DNA of 61,154 nt, filler included, from Nemertoderma westbladi (Eukaryota; Animalia; Xenacoelomorpha), in the NCBI GenBank assembly GCA_032718475.1. It is 3 parts of 3 records of this genome, joined end to end, with 100 filler letters (N's around TTAATTAATTAA, not from the genome) between each part and the next. Parts side by side here need not be neighbours in the genome. Positions count along the whole stretch, not along the records: positions 1 to 28,455 come from JAUCBJ010002414.1; positions 28,556 to 44,836 come from JAUCBJ010008046.1; 1 more part is not named here. One strand, written 5' to 3'. The position numbers and the translations under genes are program-made. This document shows positions 27,781 through 37,804 of this stretch, one piece after another; position 1 is the stretch's first letter; each line of letters starts with the position of its first letter. Under the pieces are notes generated by a model. It worked only from the letters and a program-made list of their open reading frames with translations, had not been told where the DNA came from and did not search any database.

Positions 27781-28455
27781 ATTCTTTATTACATATTTAT
27801 TATGTTTCATTTATTTTATCTTTAATTCTATTTATCTATGTTATTTTTCAGATTAATTTTCAATGTCAAACCTCCAGGAGGAGAAGAGTGATCTACAGTA
27901 TTTCTGGCAAGCGTCATGGATGTTGACAACACAGTAAACCGGAACTGCGTCCATCTGGTAAAAGTTTTGATAACGTCTCCAAAAGTGTCCACGAATCACC
28001 GAGTCAACGATTCCTACGAGCGGAAGTCGGCGTCTGTGTTTACTTATGATTTAGCCTATGGAATAAGTTCAAACGATGGGTAGCAGCAATCTCAGTCCCC
28101 GTAGACTGTTGGTTGGTTCGGAATTCCAGTTGTACTGTAGTTGTTATCTCCTGTCTTTCGGGCGATCTGCGATGTGCCGAAGTGAACATGAACATTTTTC
28201 ACGTCAAAAATAAACATTCCAATTTTTAAATAAAATTACGTATAAATAATCAAGTACCAACTGTTTTCCTATAAAGTGGTGCTTTATGCAGCGTGATATA
28301 AATAGTTATATTCTTAATATTGCCTTTCTATTTTTGTAATCGTATTTTTTACTAAATTATTACATAGTTTCTGTTCTACTAATGTATAAATATTATTTTG
28401 GTAAATTATTTGGTTAGTCTATTACTGCAGTTGGCTAAAATATTAACTATTTATT

Positions 28456-28555
28456 NNNNNNNNNNNNNNNNNNNNNNNNNNNNNNNNNNNNNNNNNNNNT
28501 TAATTAATTAANNNNNNNNNNNNNNNNNNNNNNNNNNNNNNNNNNNNNNNNNNNN
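28456..28555. other. Artificial contig linker
   Basis: N44-TTAATTAATTAA-N44; stops in all six frames; identical to 44837-44936. Confidence 0.97.
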
Positions 28556-28677
28556 TTGGCATTTGGACCAATATATAATTCTTCGGCTAAATCAACAGTA
28601 AACTCACTAGGATTATTATTGGGATAAGTGTTCAATGAGCTATCTGACAGTAGAGTGATATATGTATCTGTGGCCAT
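28556..28677 (-). CDS. Polinton minor capsid (penton/PX-like) protein N-terminus, partial
   Basis: Manual translation MATDTYITLLSDSSLNTYPNNNPSEFTVDLAEELYIGPNA..., matching the recalled YITL.S.SS...YP.N..S.F.V.L start of Polinton pentons; not in the ORF track. Confidence 0.75.
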
Positions 28678-28917
28678 TATTAAAGCTCGCTCTCTCTACT
28701 TGACTCCTTTGTACATACAGTATAATGTTAAATTATAGACATCTGTGACCACGTTCATTACCAGCATCTTCTACAGTATATGTGTGGGATCAATATTTTA
28801 CTGGCTTTATTTAAAGCGGATGAACTATAGATATAGTAATATCATTCGAGTTAATATTATTGATTAATTACGGTCATATGCGACCAAAATGAATTAATAT
28901 ACAGTATAAACCTAAGC

Positions 28918-30009
28918 TTATTGAATATGCTGTACCCAGGACTGTTTCTTGGATCCGATGAATCGAACTAAATATTCTTTCTTCCCGTTGCGTACACGTT
29001 CTTTAAGTTTGCCAATATTTTTTTGGTCAATTGCTAGATAAATATTACTATTCGGGTGAACCTTTTGGAGTTCGTGAGAATAAAATGAGCCCTTTATTAT
29101 AGATCCGGTGCTGTCCTTAATATCGAACATTACTGCTGGTACTCTATCCAACCTGACCCGATGAATAATAAATAATTCACGTGTCCATTGTTCTCGATAG
29201 CCTTTAGCGAAAGCAGTACGAGCAATAGATAATCGTACTGTATCTCCAACTTTAAATTTTATTTTCTTGTGATTTATCTGTCTATATTTCCCATATAATC
29301 TATTCATTAATTCAGTTTCATTAAATTTATTAACTTCAATAGGTGTCATTTGTATTGTTCTATGATACGACCTATTATAAGCCGAGATAAGCTTAGGTAA
29401 AATTTTTATCCAAATATTATTTCCTCTTTGTGTGAAAATTTTGAACATCTTTGTTTTTAAGGTTCTGTTAAATCTCTCGACAATAGCCGCCTTATTCACA
29501 GAATACATTACGTAATACTGTATACCTATCGTATCTAAATATTTCCTTACAGATTTATTTAGAAACTCAGACCCTTGATCCGTAGCGATTCTGTTTGGTT
29601 TTCCTTTCTGGAATATTTTTTGCAATATACTAATAATTTCATCACCCTTTTTTGTTTTCATGGCATAGCCAAAAGCAAGCCGACTGAAGGCATCAATGCA
29701 TGTTAATATATAGTTATAATTATTATTTTGCGACTTATATTGCTGCATATCCACCAGATCTATCATATATATATCTTTTATGCCTCCCGTAAATATTTTA
29801 GATGTTGGATAATGTTGTCTACGTGGAGCGTGAAGGGTGTATGTCTTTTGTCCGCTCAACCATTTCTGAGCTTGCGTCGGTTTGATGTTTGCAGCTTTTG
29901 CTAATTTTGCAACACTTGCAAATCCCGCAGGGGATGAAGGATCTAAATAAATTCTTAACAGTTTTTTGTCTAAGCTTCGGCTTAAAATCGGTTTCATCTT
30001 GCGAGGCAT
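28918..30009 (-). CDS. Polinton retroviral-like (rve) integrase with C-terminal chromodomain-like tail
   Basis: IYLDPSSPAGF start, DDE triad in IDLVDM / TDQGSEF / IVERFNRTLK, KFKVGDTVR, EYLVRFIG...SWV; first ATG at 30009 (363 aa). Confidence 0.95.
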   Translation of the reverse strand: MPRKMKPILSRSLDKKLLRIYLDPSSPAGFASVAKLAKAANIKPTQAQKWLSGQKTYTLHAPRRQHYPTSKIFTGGIKDIYMIDLVDMQQYKSQNNNYNYILTCIDAFSRLAFGYAMKTKKGDEIISILQKIFQKGKPNRIATDQGSEFLNKSVRKYLDTIGIQYYVMYSVNKAAIVERFNRTLKTKMFKIFTQRGNNIWIKILPKLISAYNRSYHRTIQMTPIEVNKFNETELMNRLYGKYRQINHKKIKFKVGDTVRLSIARTAFAKGYREQWTRELFIIHRVRLDRVPAVMFDIKDSTGSIIKGSFYSHELQKVHPNSNIYLAIDQKNIGKLKERVRNGKKEYLVRFIGSKKQSWVQHIQ

Positions 30010-30060
30010 CTTTTCGACAACCACAAGTAATATGTATATTCAAATCTCTTATAAAGGGCA

Positions 30061-30231
30061 TCACCGTAAGAACAACTGAAATTTTTTAATTATTTTCTTC
30101 GAAGTTGATGTTTTAAAGGGTTTTCTTTTTGTAGTATTTACTCTAGGTATATCTTGTGGTTTTAAATCAGTAGCTAACGGTTTACTCGATACTAAATATA
30201 ATTTTCTAAATGTTACTCCCGTTTTAACCAT
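30061..30231 (-). CDS. Small basic Polinton ORF (56 aa)
   Basis: Manual translation MVKTGVTFRKLYLVSSKPLATDLKPQDIPRVNTTKRKPFKTSTSKKIIKKFQLFLR; begins 7 nt after the upstream stop and fills the intergenic space. Confidence 0.55.
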   Translation of the reverse strand: MVKTGVTFRKLYLVSSKPLATDLKPQDIPRVNTTKRKPFKTSTSKKIIKKFQLFLR

Positions 30232-30237
30232 TATTAC

Positions 30238-30621
30238 CTACCGTCCACGGTTAATTTTTTTCGCAATAGCCGCCCCAGCGGCAGCGGCACCGGCACTCGC
30301 GGCTAGTTTCGCACCAATGCCGAGTAAGGGTATTAGAAACGGTAGTATGCCTCCAGATTGATTGCTTAACTTTTTTCTGTAACTTGATATATTTTTTGTC
30401 TTACGGTTGAGTGATTTCAATACCTTCTTATAGCGGCGAATATTTCTAAATGAATGAGGGGTCAATTGTACATTGCCTTTTAGAACATTTAATGCAGTAT
30501 TTACAATGAGTCGTATTAATTCGTTACTGGCGGTATGGTTAATAAAATAAGTTCTTTGTTGAGGGGTAGCGCTGCGTAGAAATTCCAGTTCGTTACGATA
30601 TTTCTGCACAAGTCTATTCAT
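30238..30621 (-). CDS. Polinton basic core-like protein with putative adenain cleavage site and amphipathic tail
   Basis: ALNVLKGNVQLT, K/R-rich middle, QSGG|ILPFLIPLLGIGAKLAASAG tail; first ATG at 30621. Confidence 0.75.
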   Translation of the reverse strand: MNRLVQKYRNELEFLRSATPQQRTYFINHTASNELIRLIVNTALNVLKGNVQLTPHSFRNIRRYKKVLKSLNRKTKNISSYRKKLSNQSGGILPFLIPLLGIGAKLAASAGAAAAGAAIAKKINRGR

Positions 30622-30658
30622 TGTTGCAACATTATTGAAAATTGTCACAAAATATTAA

Positions 30659-31339
30659 TTATTTATCATTATTATTATTATTATTTTCGCTACGTTTATA
30701 GTCAATGTAATTTTTAATGTAACAATTATGATTACGAAATATATCCGATCTAAATCTTAAATGTTCGGGTGTTTCCTGTCGTAAATCAATTAAGAAATGT
30801 GAAAATGGCTCAATTGTTGCATCTTGATAGGAATCAACTAAAAATTTGGTCTGTCCTGGTAACATTTGCTTCGCGAAATTTAAAACCGATAGACTGTCTC
30901 TCGGATTTTTCATTAATACTAAAGTATGGCTATTAATTGATCTTGTGCGGTTATGCTTCCCACCGTAAAACATGTTTTGCGTTATAAAACAAATAAATAT
31001 ATTGGAATGATGAGCTACCTTAGTAAACAATACAGTTAAAGCTGTACTGGACTCAGTTTCTGTTAACAAATCATCTATAATTAATAAATCTCGACTATTC
31101 ACTAAACTATCTATATTTTCAGGCAAGCCTTTGTAAAGGTGAGTAATACCACGAATAGTCGGGGGATTGCTCCCGTAACAATACAATACTCGCAAGGGGG
31201 CTTCGTTGAAACAACCATTCTTGTGTTTAATTAAATTCCCCACAAAAGTTGATTTTCCAGAACCAGATGGTCCTGAAATTATCATACTTGTACCCATTTG
31301 AAAGTTTAAATTATATAGACCTGAATTAAAGTCAGCCAT
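30659..31339 (-). CDS. Polinton packaging ATPase (A32/FtsK-HerA-like)
   Basis: Walker A GPSGSGKST, Walker B LLIIDD, FITQN sensor, KNPRD and FLIDL motifs. Confidence 0.93.
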   Translation of the reverse strand: MADFNSGLYNLNFQMGTSMIISGPSGSGKSTFVGNLIKHKNGCFNEAPLRVLYCYGSNPPTIRGITHLYKGLPENIDSLVNSRDLLIIDDLLTETESSTALTVLFTKVAHHSNIFICFITQNMFYGGKHNRTRSINSHTLVLMKNPRDSLSVLNFAKQMLPGQTKFLVDSYQDATIEPFSHFLIDLRQETPEHLRFRSDIFRNHNCYIKNYIDYKRSENNNNNNDK

Positions 31340-31555
31340 TTATTATTATTAAGATATATCAACAATACAATATAATATAATATCAATATCAATATCAATA
31401 AACCAACACCATTACTATGTATATAACAATAATTGATGCAACTACAATAATATTAGAGTACTGTATATTTAATTAACATACGACGCTGCTACAGTATGTG
31501 ACGCTCGCCGCAGCAAAAGGTGCTATTTCCAATTATAGTATAGACTGATGTAATT

Positions 31556-32008
31556 TCAAGCATGGTGAGCATCTTTATACGCGAAATAATGATAGGTAAC
31601 ATCGGCGGTTTGGAAATCACTTCCCGAGAATTTCGCGCTTATGATTTTTTTATGTTCGCTGCTAAAAAAATAAGGAATATAGTAGCAACAGCGTCGTACT
31701 ACGTTTCTATAAAAAATATTCTCCAATATTGTAAATAAATCTCCGGGATCATTACTTTTCGCAGAAATATAAGTTATATTGCGAAGCTCTTTCCAATAAA
31801 AGGGTTGGTATCTTGCCAACTTTATATTAAACTTAGATATGGGAGCGCGACAAATAGGACAAATTTTAGAACAATAATTATTCATTTCGGAATATTGTAC
31901 AATACATTGTACGCAAGTTGCATGTTTATTTTCACATTTATAATAATCTCGATGTTTTTGCAATAACTTAGAATAGCAAACTGGGCATTTTTCATTTAAA
32001 ATATCCAT
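31556..32008 (-). CDS. RING-finger (C3HC4) protein, Polinton accessory gene
   Basis: CPVC...CENKHATCVQC...CPICR spacing. Confidence 0.82.
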   Translation of the reverse strand: MDILNEKCPVCYSKLLQKHRDYYKCENKHATCVQCIVQYSEMNNYCSKICPICRAPISKFNIKLARYQPFYWKELRNITYISAKSNDPGDLFTILENIFYRNVVRRCCYYIPYFFSSEHKKIISAKFSGSDFQTADVTYHYFAYKDAHHA

Positions 32009-32176
32009 TTTCCAAATTTTAAAGTAAATTGAAAATAATTACCACAATATACAACAACAACAACAACAAACAAAACTGTTATACAGTATATACAAATACT
32101 ACTACAATTTTCGATTATTTAAAAACAACAAAATTTTATATATAATCATAAAATATTTATAATATAGAGGGAAAAG

Positions 32177-32623
32177 TCAAGAATCAATGATATTATCAAC
32201 ATATTCAACATTATCCGCTGATTCTTCAGGTTCGATAAAGGATTCTTTTGAAATCATTACAATAAAGAAAGACATAATTTCGTAGGGGCTATGCCGATTT
32301 AGCCGTATTTCAAACTTTTCACCAGCTTCGTTGTATTGTGTAATAAAAATAAATCCTTCTATCATGGCTAATAGTAAGATGCTGGTTAATTTTCCTCCCT
32401 CATGTTCAGCTTTCAGGTTGTAATCTAAAAGATGAATACTATTATCTGAAGCATCAATATCGATTGAGCTTAAAACTTTCCTGGCTTTTTCAGAAAACTC
32501 AATTTTATATTTATCATCTCCCTGACGGTAAATTGTATAATCAATAACAATATAGGCTTGACCATCTTCTGCAAAAAATGAATGCCTTACTATTGGCATA
32601 ACCATATCAGAATCAGAAGACAT
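32177..32623 (-). CDS. Hypothetical acidic protein, Polinton accessory gene
   Basis: 148-aa intact ORF in AT-rich DNA with the same strand and A-rich start context as its neighbours; no motif recognised. Confidence 0.7.
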   Translation of the reverse strand: MSSDSDMVMPIVRHSFFAEDGQAYIVIDYTIYRQGDDKYKIEFSEKARKVLSSIDIDASDNSIHLLDYNLKAEHEGGKLTSILLLAMIEGFIFITQYNEAGEKFEIRLNRHSPYEIMSFFIVMISKESFIEPEESADNVEYVDNIIDS

Positions 32624-32847
32624 TATTTAATTTATTTTATTGTAAATCAAACAAACAAAGTAAAAACTTTTAAACTAAAACCATTACAAATGATTAATTG
32701 CGATTAAATCAAGAGATTATATAATATATTTTCAAAAATAATACAGGTCTTAAACTGAGAAATAGCCTAAATTCGGTTTATTGATTGGTTGATTAGCCGG
32801 TGGGTAACTACTGTATAAACAAAAAAATTATTGCGTAATAATCACTA

Positions 32848-33240
32848 ATGCTCGTATACACGTAGCTGGAACCTGACGGAATCTCATGTATCATACTGCT
32901 TGGTTTGTTGATTTGGCGACAGCAGTTGTGGAGTTGGCAATCAATATAATATATGCATGATGCGTGTAGTTGGTGGCCACGTTGTCAGCATATACAGTAT
33001 ACAGTGGTTGGTTGGTTACGTGAATAGGAAATAACTATGGAAATGTTCGTATACGTGTAGCCGGAAACGTGGCGGAATTTGAACACGTATCCTACTGTTG
33101 GATTGGTAGGTTGCTTGGTTGAATGGATTGGCGACAGCGGTCGTGGAGTTGGCAATCAATATAATATAATATATGCATGATGCGTGTAGTTGGTGGCCAC
33201 GTTGTCAGCATATACAGTATACAGTGGTTGGTTGCGTGGT
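32848..33240. repeat. ~200-bp imperfect tandem duplication in the Polinton terminal region
   Basis: GTGGAGTTGGCAATCAATATAAT...GCATGATGCGTGTAGTTGGTGGCCACGTTGTCAGCATATACAGTATACAGTGGTTGGTTG at ~32927-33013 and ~33142-33234. Confidence 0.9.
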
Positions 33241-33684
33241 AGTGGTGGTAACGTGGTGAAAAGGCGAATAACCGTAGGGTTAGGCAAACATCGCCGTTGA
33301 TTGGTTGGTTGGTGGGTGGGTAACAGCTGTGGATTGAGTAGCGATGGGATGGGGGGCTAGCCATGCATCGTGAGGTTAGGCTATGTGAAGATGAATATGC
33401 AATGGTTGGTGAAAAATAGCGATTTGAAAAATAGTAGACGTTACCTGATGCTAAGTGTAGACACTCGAACACCTGTAAAATAAAGGTTGGTGATTGGATG
33501 CAGTACTAGCGTCGGGGGACTAATAACGCCTCTAGCGGAATAAGCGGGAACTTGAGAATTGACCATGGTTACGGATGAAATGCTGTCATCTGATTGGTTG
33601 AAATAATAACGACCACCGCTAAAGGATGAAATGGTGGCTTCTGATTGGCTGCAGTACCAGAAATGGATGGTAATGATGGGCTAC

Positions 33685-36573
33685 GGGTGACCATGAAGCC
33701 GTGTCACAGTATTGTATACTACTGTGCGGTATCAGCGCAATACGAAACAGCTTGCTGGTACATTTCCTGTATGCATCTAAAATTAAGGGCCTCAGACCCA
33801 TGGCATAATAAAGCGTGTCGTTGCTGATGTAGCATCCCACGTGTAGAATACTCCTAAGGCTGACTCTATACGCCGTTTCGATGCGATCCAGTTTAGTTTC
33901 ACTAAAGCATCCAATCGAATACACGGTCCGATATATGATTGCCGGAAGAGCCAGAGTTTTCCAGAGAAGTGCGACTATTTCCAACGGGAAATGGTGCATT
34001 GTCCAGCCTTTACTATGAAAGATACCTGAATATTTGTTGATTGTTTGAATGATGTCTGAGAGGTGGGATGGTTCCTTGTTGATGGCGACTCCAAGATAGG
34101 TGATGTGTTTTGATTGGCTGTATATGACATTGTTAATGTGGAGGAAGTTTGGTATATTGTTGGATTTATGTTCATGGCATGCAATCCAGAATATCTTTTT
34201 GGGGTCAATTGAGAGATTGATTTTCTTTAGCTCGTCGCATATGACATTAGCCAAGTGTTGTATGGAAGCTGCGGATCCTCCCATCAGTAGTATGTCATCA
34301 GCAAAAGAAGAGCACCCCATGTTTGTGGTATAGACTTTGTGCCCCATTCCAATGGTATTCATAAAGGAGAATGCGTTCTTTTTAAAGAAGTTAAAGAGAA
34401 GAGGAGATATCAGGGAACCCTGTTTCACCCCGTTCCCCATGCATATGCTCTCTCTGTCCACTCTTGAGCCGAATTTTAGGTAGATAATGCTCCGTCCATA
34501 GTAATCGAGGAGAAGTCTACACACGTATGGATTAACTGATTCGCAAAGATCATTGAACAATAGGTAATGGTCAACGGTGTCGAATGCGGATTTAATATCC
34601 ATTTGGCATATAGGTGGGATTTCCTTGACTCCTGTACAATTCGATAGTCTCCAGGATATTGGCGATGATAATGTCTGTACAAATCTTTTTCTGATATGCC
34701 CACTGGGTTTCACAGGGATCCATATCGTGTAGGAAGTTTTGTAAGAGGATGGCCTCCATAATTTTGGAGAGAACAGATATTGAAGATATGGGGCGGTAAG
34801 ATTCAGGTTTAGAGGTGGACTTTCCCTTCCCTTTGTAAATACTAGTCCGCAGTGTCTCTCCAAATTGGTTCGGCACCTTTCCAAGTTTGAGTGAACTGTT
34901 TAAAATACTGGTAATGGCTGTAGTAAGTTGACAGGTGTTGGCATTGATAATGTGCTCTACTGTTAGACTCCTGCTGTCTGGTGATTTACCTGTTTTCAAG
35001 AGTTTTAGTGCATTGATCACAGTGACATTGGATATTGTGGGCACATGTTTGTCATTGCAGAGATTATCCAATTTCGTCTGCAAGGTTTGTTTGTCGGTGG
35101 CGTTGGTAGTATGTTGAAATTTGTTCTTAAAGTGGGAATGCAGGGCAGGTCTAAGTGGAGTATCAGCTGCTTTACTCTTAGAGCCCATTAGGGAGCTCCA
35201 AAATCTCTTTGGGTTGTGCTGTTACTGGTAGATTGTTTTCCTTATGTTATCTGAGACCTGTAGCTTAATTAGCCAATTATGTAACCGTCTTGTTGCCTTC
35301 TTTGATTGTTTGAAGTGGGTTGCATATTCATCCTCGTCTTGTTTGCCTCATTGGCACCATATTCGGTAGAGTGATTTTGTTGTATGTGCTCTTTCATCTA
35401 GGTATTTGTTACGGATTCTGTAGTTCTTAGGCTGTCTTCCATGCTCACGTCCCTGTTTCCTGACTAAGTACTTGTCCGCATTAGAGCTGAGAATCATTAT
35501 GACTCTTTCGTTGAAATCGTTCAGTTGTGAGTAATTCCATTCATGCCATTCTTGCGAAGAGGAGAGTAGGTCTGATATCTCAGAGTCAATCGCGGTCTGA
35601 TACAACAGTCGTTTATCTTCGGGAGTTACGGCCCAGTTATAGTATTTTAGGTTGTAGTATTGAGTGTCCTTTGTGGCCTCATGATGTGTGTTAAATGGGA
35701 GTTGGATCATAAATATTATAGGAGTGTGATCTGAGGGTCCGTCGAGTTCATTTTTTCACCACTGATGATGTATTCTAATGCTTCCTTACTAGTCAGGACA
35801 TGATCAATGTAACTTTTCCCGTTGCCCCCGTAGAATGTGTAGCACGGGCCTGTGAAGGTGCCAAAAGTATCAGCGGCTACCAATGATTGATCTTCCAGGA
35901 AGTTGAGAAGCAGTTTGCCTCTTTGTGATGGTTTAATGCGGGAACATCTAGTTCCTTGCGTTTGTGATCTCCCTATATCCCCATTAACGTTACTCAGGAT
36001 AATTGGGATGTGCTCCGGATTGCTCTCCAGAAGGTCAGAGGTACGGCTAAGGAACTCATTGTATATGTGGGAGCTCTTACTGGAGTCTGGCGCATATGCG
36101 CACATAATCAGTAAGTCTTTGTCAGAACCTACGGGTTTGAAGTCTATGGCTATTATGTCACTTCCTGATTTGGTAGTTGTGTATGTCCCTTGCACAATAT
36201 CCTCTCTGATAAGGATTGCAATACCTCCAGATACTCCTTTACCATTAGAGGATCGCGTACTGGGTATATATTCGAAGTTGAATTCATCTCCAAAGTAGTT
36301 AGCAAATAGTACCTTGCACTCTAAGTCATCTAGCCAGTGCTCTTGAATAGCTAATATGTCGTTGTTAATAAGCTCTTTCCTTATATATTGAACCGAGCTG
36401 ATTAATCCGTGACAGTTGAAAGTAGCGAGGCTAAGTGTAGGATGTGAGATGATGGTTGTGTTTGGATCCGTGGTGCTTCTAAAACTGCTGCTTGTTTTGG
36501 CGGTGGTAGGTGGCGCTGTGGTAGTTTGTACTGTTGGAGGATGTGTAGGTTTTCGATCTTTGTCTCCAGTCAA
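33685..36573 (-). pseudogene. LINE ORF2 (APE endonuclease + reverse transcriptase), disrupted
   Basis: APE: ATFNCHG, AIQEHWL, GGIAILIR, CAYAP, SYIDHVL. RT: KSPD, YKGKGK...SYRPIS, DIKSAFDTVDH, GVKQGSLISPLLF, FADD, YLGV. Split over four ORFs. Confidence 0.92.
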
Positions 36574-37804
36574 TGCAGGTTATCCCCTGAGGCCAGAATC
36601 CAACTTCAGTAGCGGTATGCAGGTGCTCTGAGTTGATAGTAGCTTTCATGTTTTTTACGTTATTGGCGAGTCTTGTGGTAATACGATCTACTGTGATATG
36701 CCTGTTCTCCAGGTAGGATACCACATCTTCTTCTGAATGTTTGCGATTGATTGAAGATAGTGGATTGATGAAGATAGTGGATTGGCTAATACCAGCCTCA
36801 AGGGTTCCTTTGTGAGTATCAGAATTGTTGTCGCGAGTGTAGTTGGATCTTGTGGGTTTATGCGAGTGTCTTGCAGTTTGACTTTTACAAGGACCCTTCG
36901 GTTCAGTAGGTGGAACTAAAAATCTGTGCTTATCGGTTTGGGATATTGTGGGGTGAATCTTGTTGACGCGATTAGGTGTGTTTGGATGAAAATACTGCCT
37001 TTGATGGTAGTGTGGCTTTTGTCTCAGTTGATGTGATGTTTGAGGGTTTTTGCAGTGAGTATTAGTGGTTTCTTGTGAGGGAATAGATCCAGTGTTATGA
37101 TGTGGAACGTGCCAGTAGTGGTGAGGGGAGGACGAGGGCAACTCGTGTTTGGTTTTCTCGATGGTGTGGCTCACCTCACTAGCTTCTCTTATGGATGCGC
37201 TTTGAGGGCCTCTGTGAGTATTTTGAGGTGGTTGGGGTCTATCAGGCAGGTTGTTGTCATTGAGGTCACGTATTACACTATAGTAATTCCTGTCAGCTAG
37301 TTCAATTGTTTCTTTTGATGAGTGGACATTGGCATTGGTGGGGTTGCAATGGGCCTTGTTCTTGGATTGGCGGTGGTTAGTAGGGTTGCAGTGCGTCACA
37401 TCTTCTGATGGATGGTTGCTGTTGGAGTTACTATGTGTCTCTGTCCCCACATTGTATGAGTTTGGAGTTTGGGAACATTCGTCTATTACTAGCCAAGTAT
37501 TACTGAGTTCGTTGTCATCTAGGAAGGGAGTTGTGGTCACTGTCGATTTGTTGCTGGCATCTTTCACTGTGGTCTGATATTGCTGCATTTTGTGTTCGAT
37601 CACGAGACGTGCATGCCGCTCGTGCTGTAATTCGTCCGCTAGATTTTGGAAGCGTGTAGTTAGGTTGGCATAGTTAGCCTCAGATTTGCAAAGTCTTGTC
37701 TGTAAAACAGATATAGTATTTATCATATCATTCCTGAGGTGGTCAAAGTCTGCTTTAAGGTCACCGGTAGTATGTGGTGTATTGTCATGTTTTAGCCTTT
37801 TTTT
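36479..37804 (-). CDS. LINE ORF1, C-terminal part (coiled coil, low-complexity linker, RRM-like end)
   Basis: Heptad-rich segment, then IFINPL...VVSYL...FWPQGITCIDW; frame open upstream of the ATG to the A7 run; overlaps ORF2 start. Confidence 0.75.
   Translation of the reverse strand, partial: KKRLKHDNTPHTTGDLKADFDHLRNDMINTISVLQTRLCKSEANYANLTTRFQNLADELQHERHARLVIEHKMQQYQTTVKDASNKSTVTTTPFLDDNELSNTWLVIDECSQTPNSYNVGTETHSNSNSNHPSEDVTHCNPTNHRQSKNKAHCNPTNANVHSSKETIELADRNYYSVIRDLNDNNLPDRPQPPQNTHRGPQSASIREASEVSHTIEKTKHELPSSSPHHYWHVPHHNTGSIPSQETTNTHCKNPQTSHQLRQKPHYHQRQYFHPNTPNRVNKIHPTISQTDKHRFLVPPTEPKGPCKSQTARHSHKPTRSNYTRDNNSDTHKGTLEAGISQSTIFINPLSSINRKHSEEDVVSYLENRHITVDRITTRLANNVKNMKATINSEHLHTATEVGFWPQGITCIDWRQRSKTYTSSNSTNYHSATYHRQNKQQF

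Larger units (their letters stand above)
28556..33684 (-). mobile_element. Polinton/Maverick (adintovirus-like) element, one end; cut by contig edge
   Basis: Dense, intronless, co-oriented AT-rich ORFs: rve integrase, A32/FtsK-like ATPase, penton-like start, core-like ORF, RING; repeat-rich non-coding terminus. PolB, hexon and protease are not in the window. Confidence 0.9.

Noticed and set aside
33092-33472. 126-aa ORF as a Polinton gene
   Set aside because: GTG start, overlaps the duplicated non-coding block, and composition is unlike the neighbouring viral ORFs.
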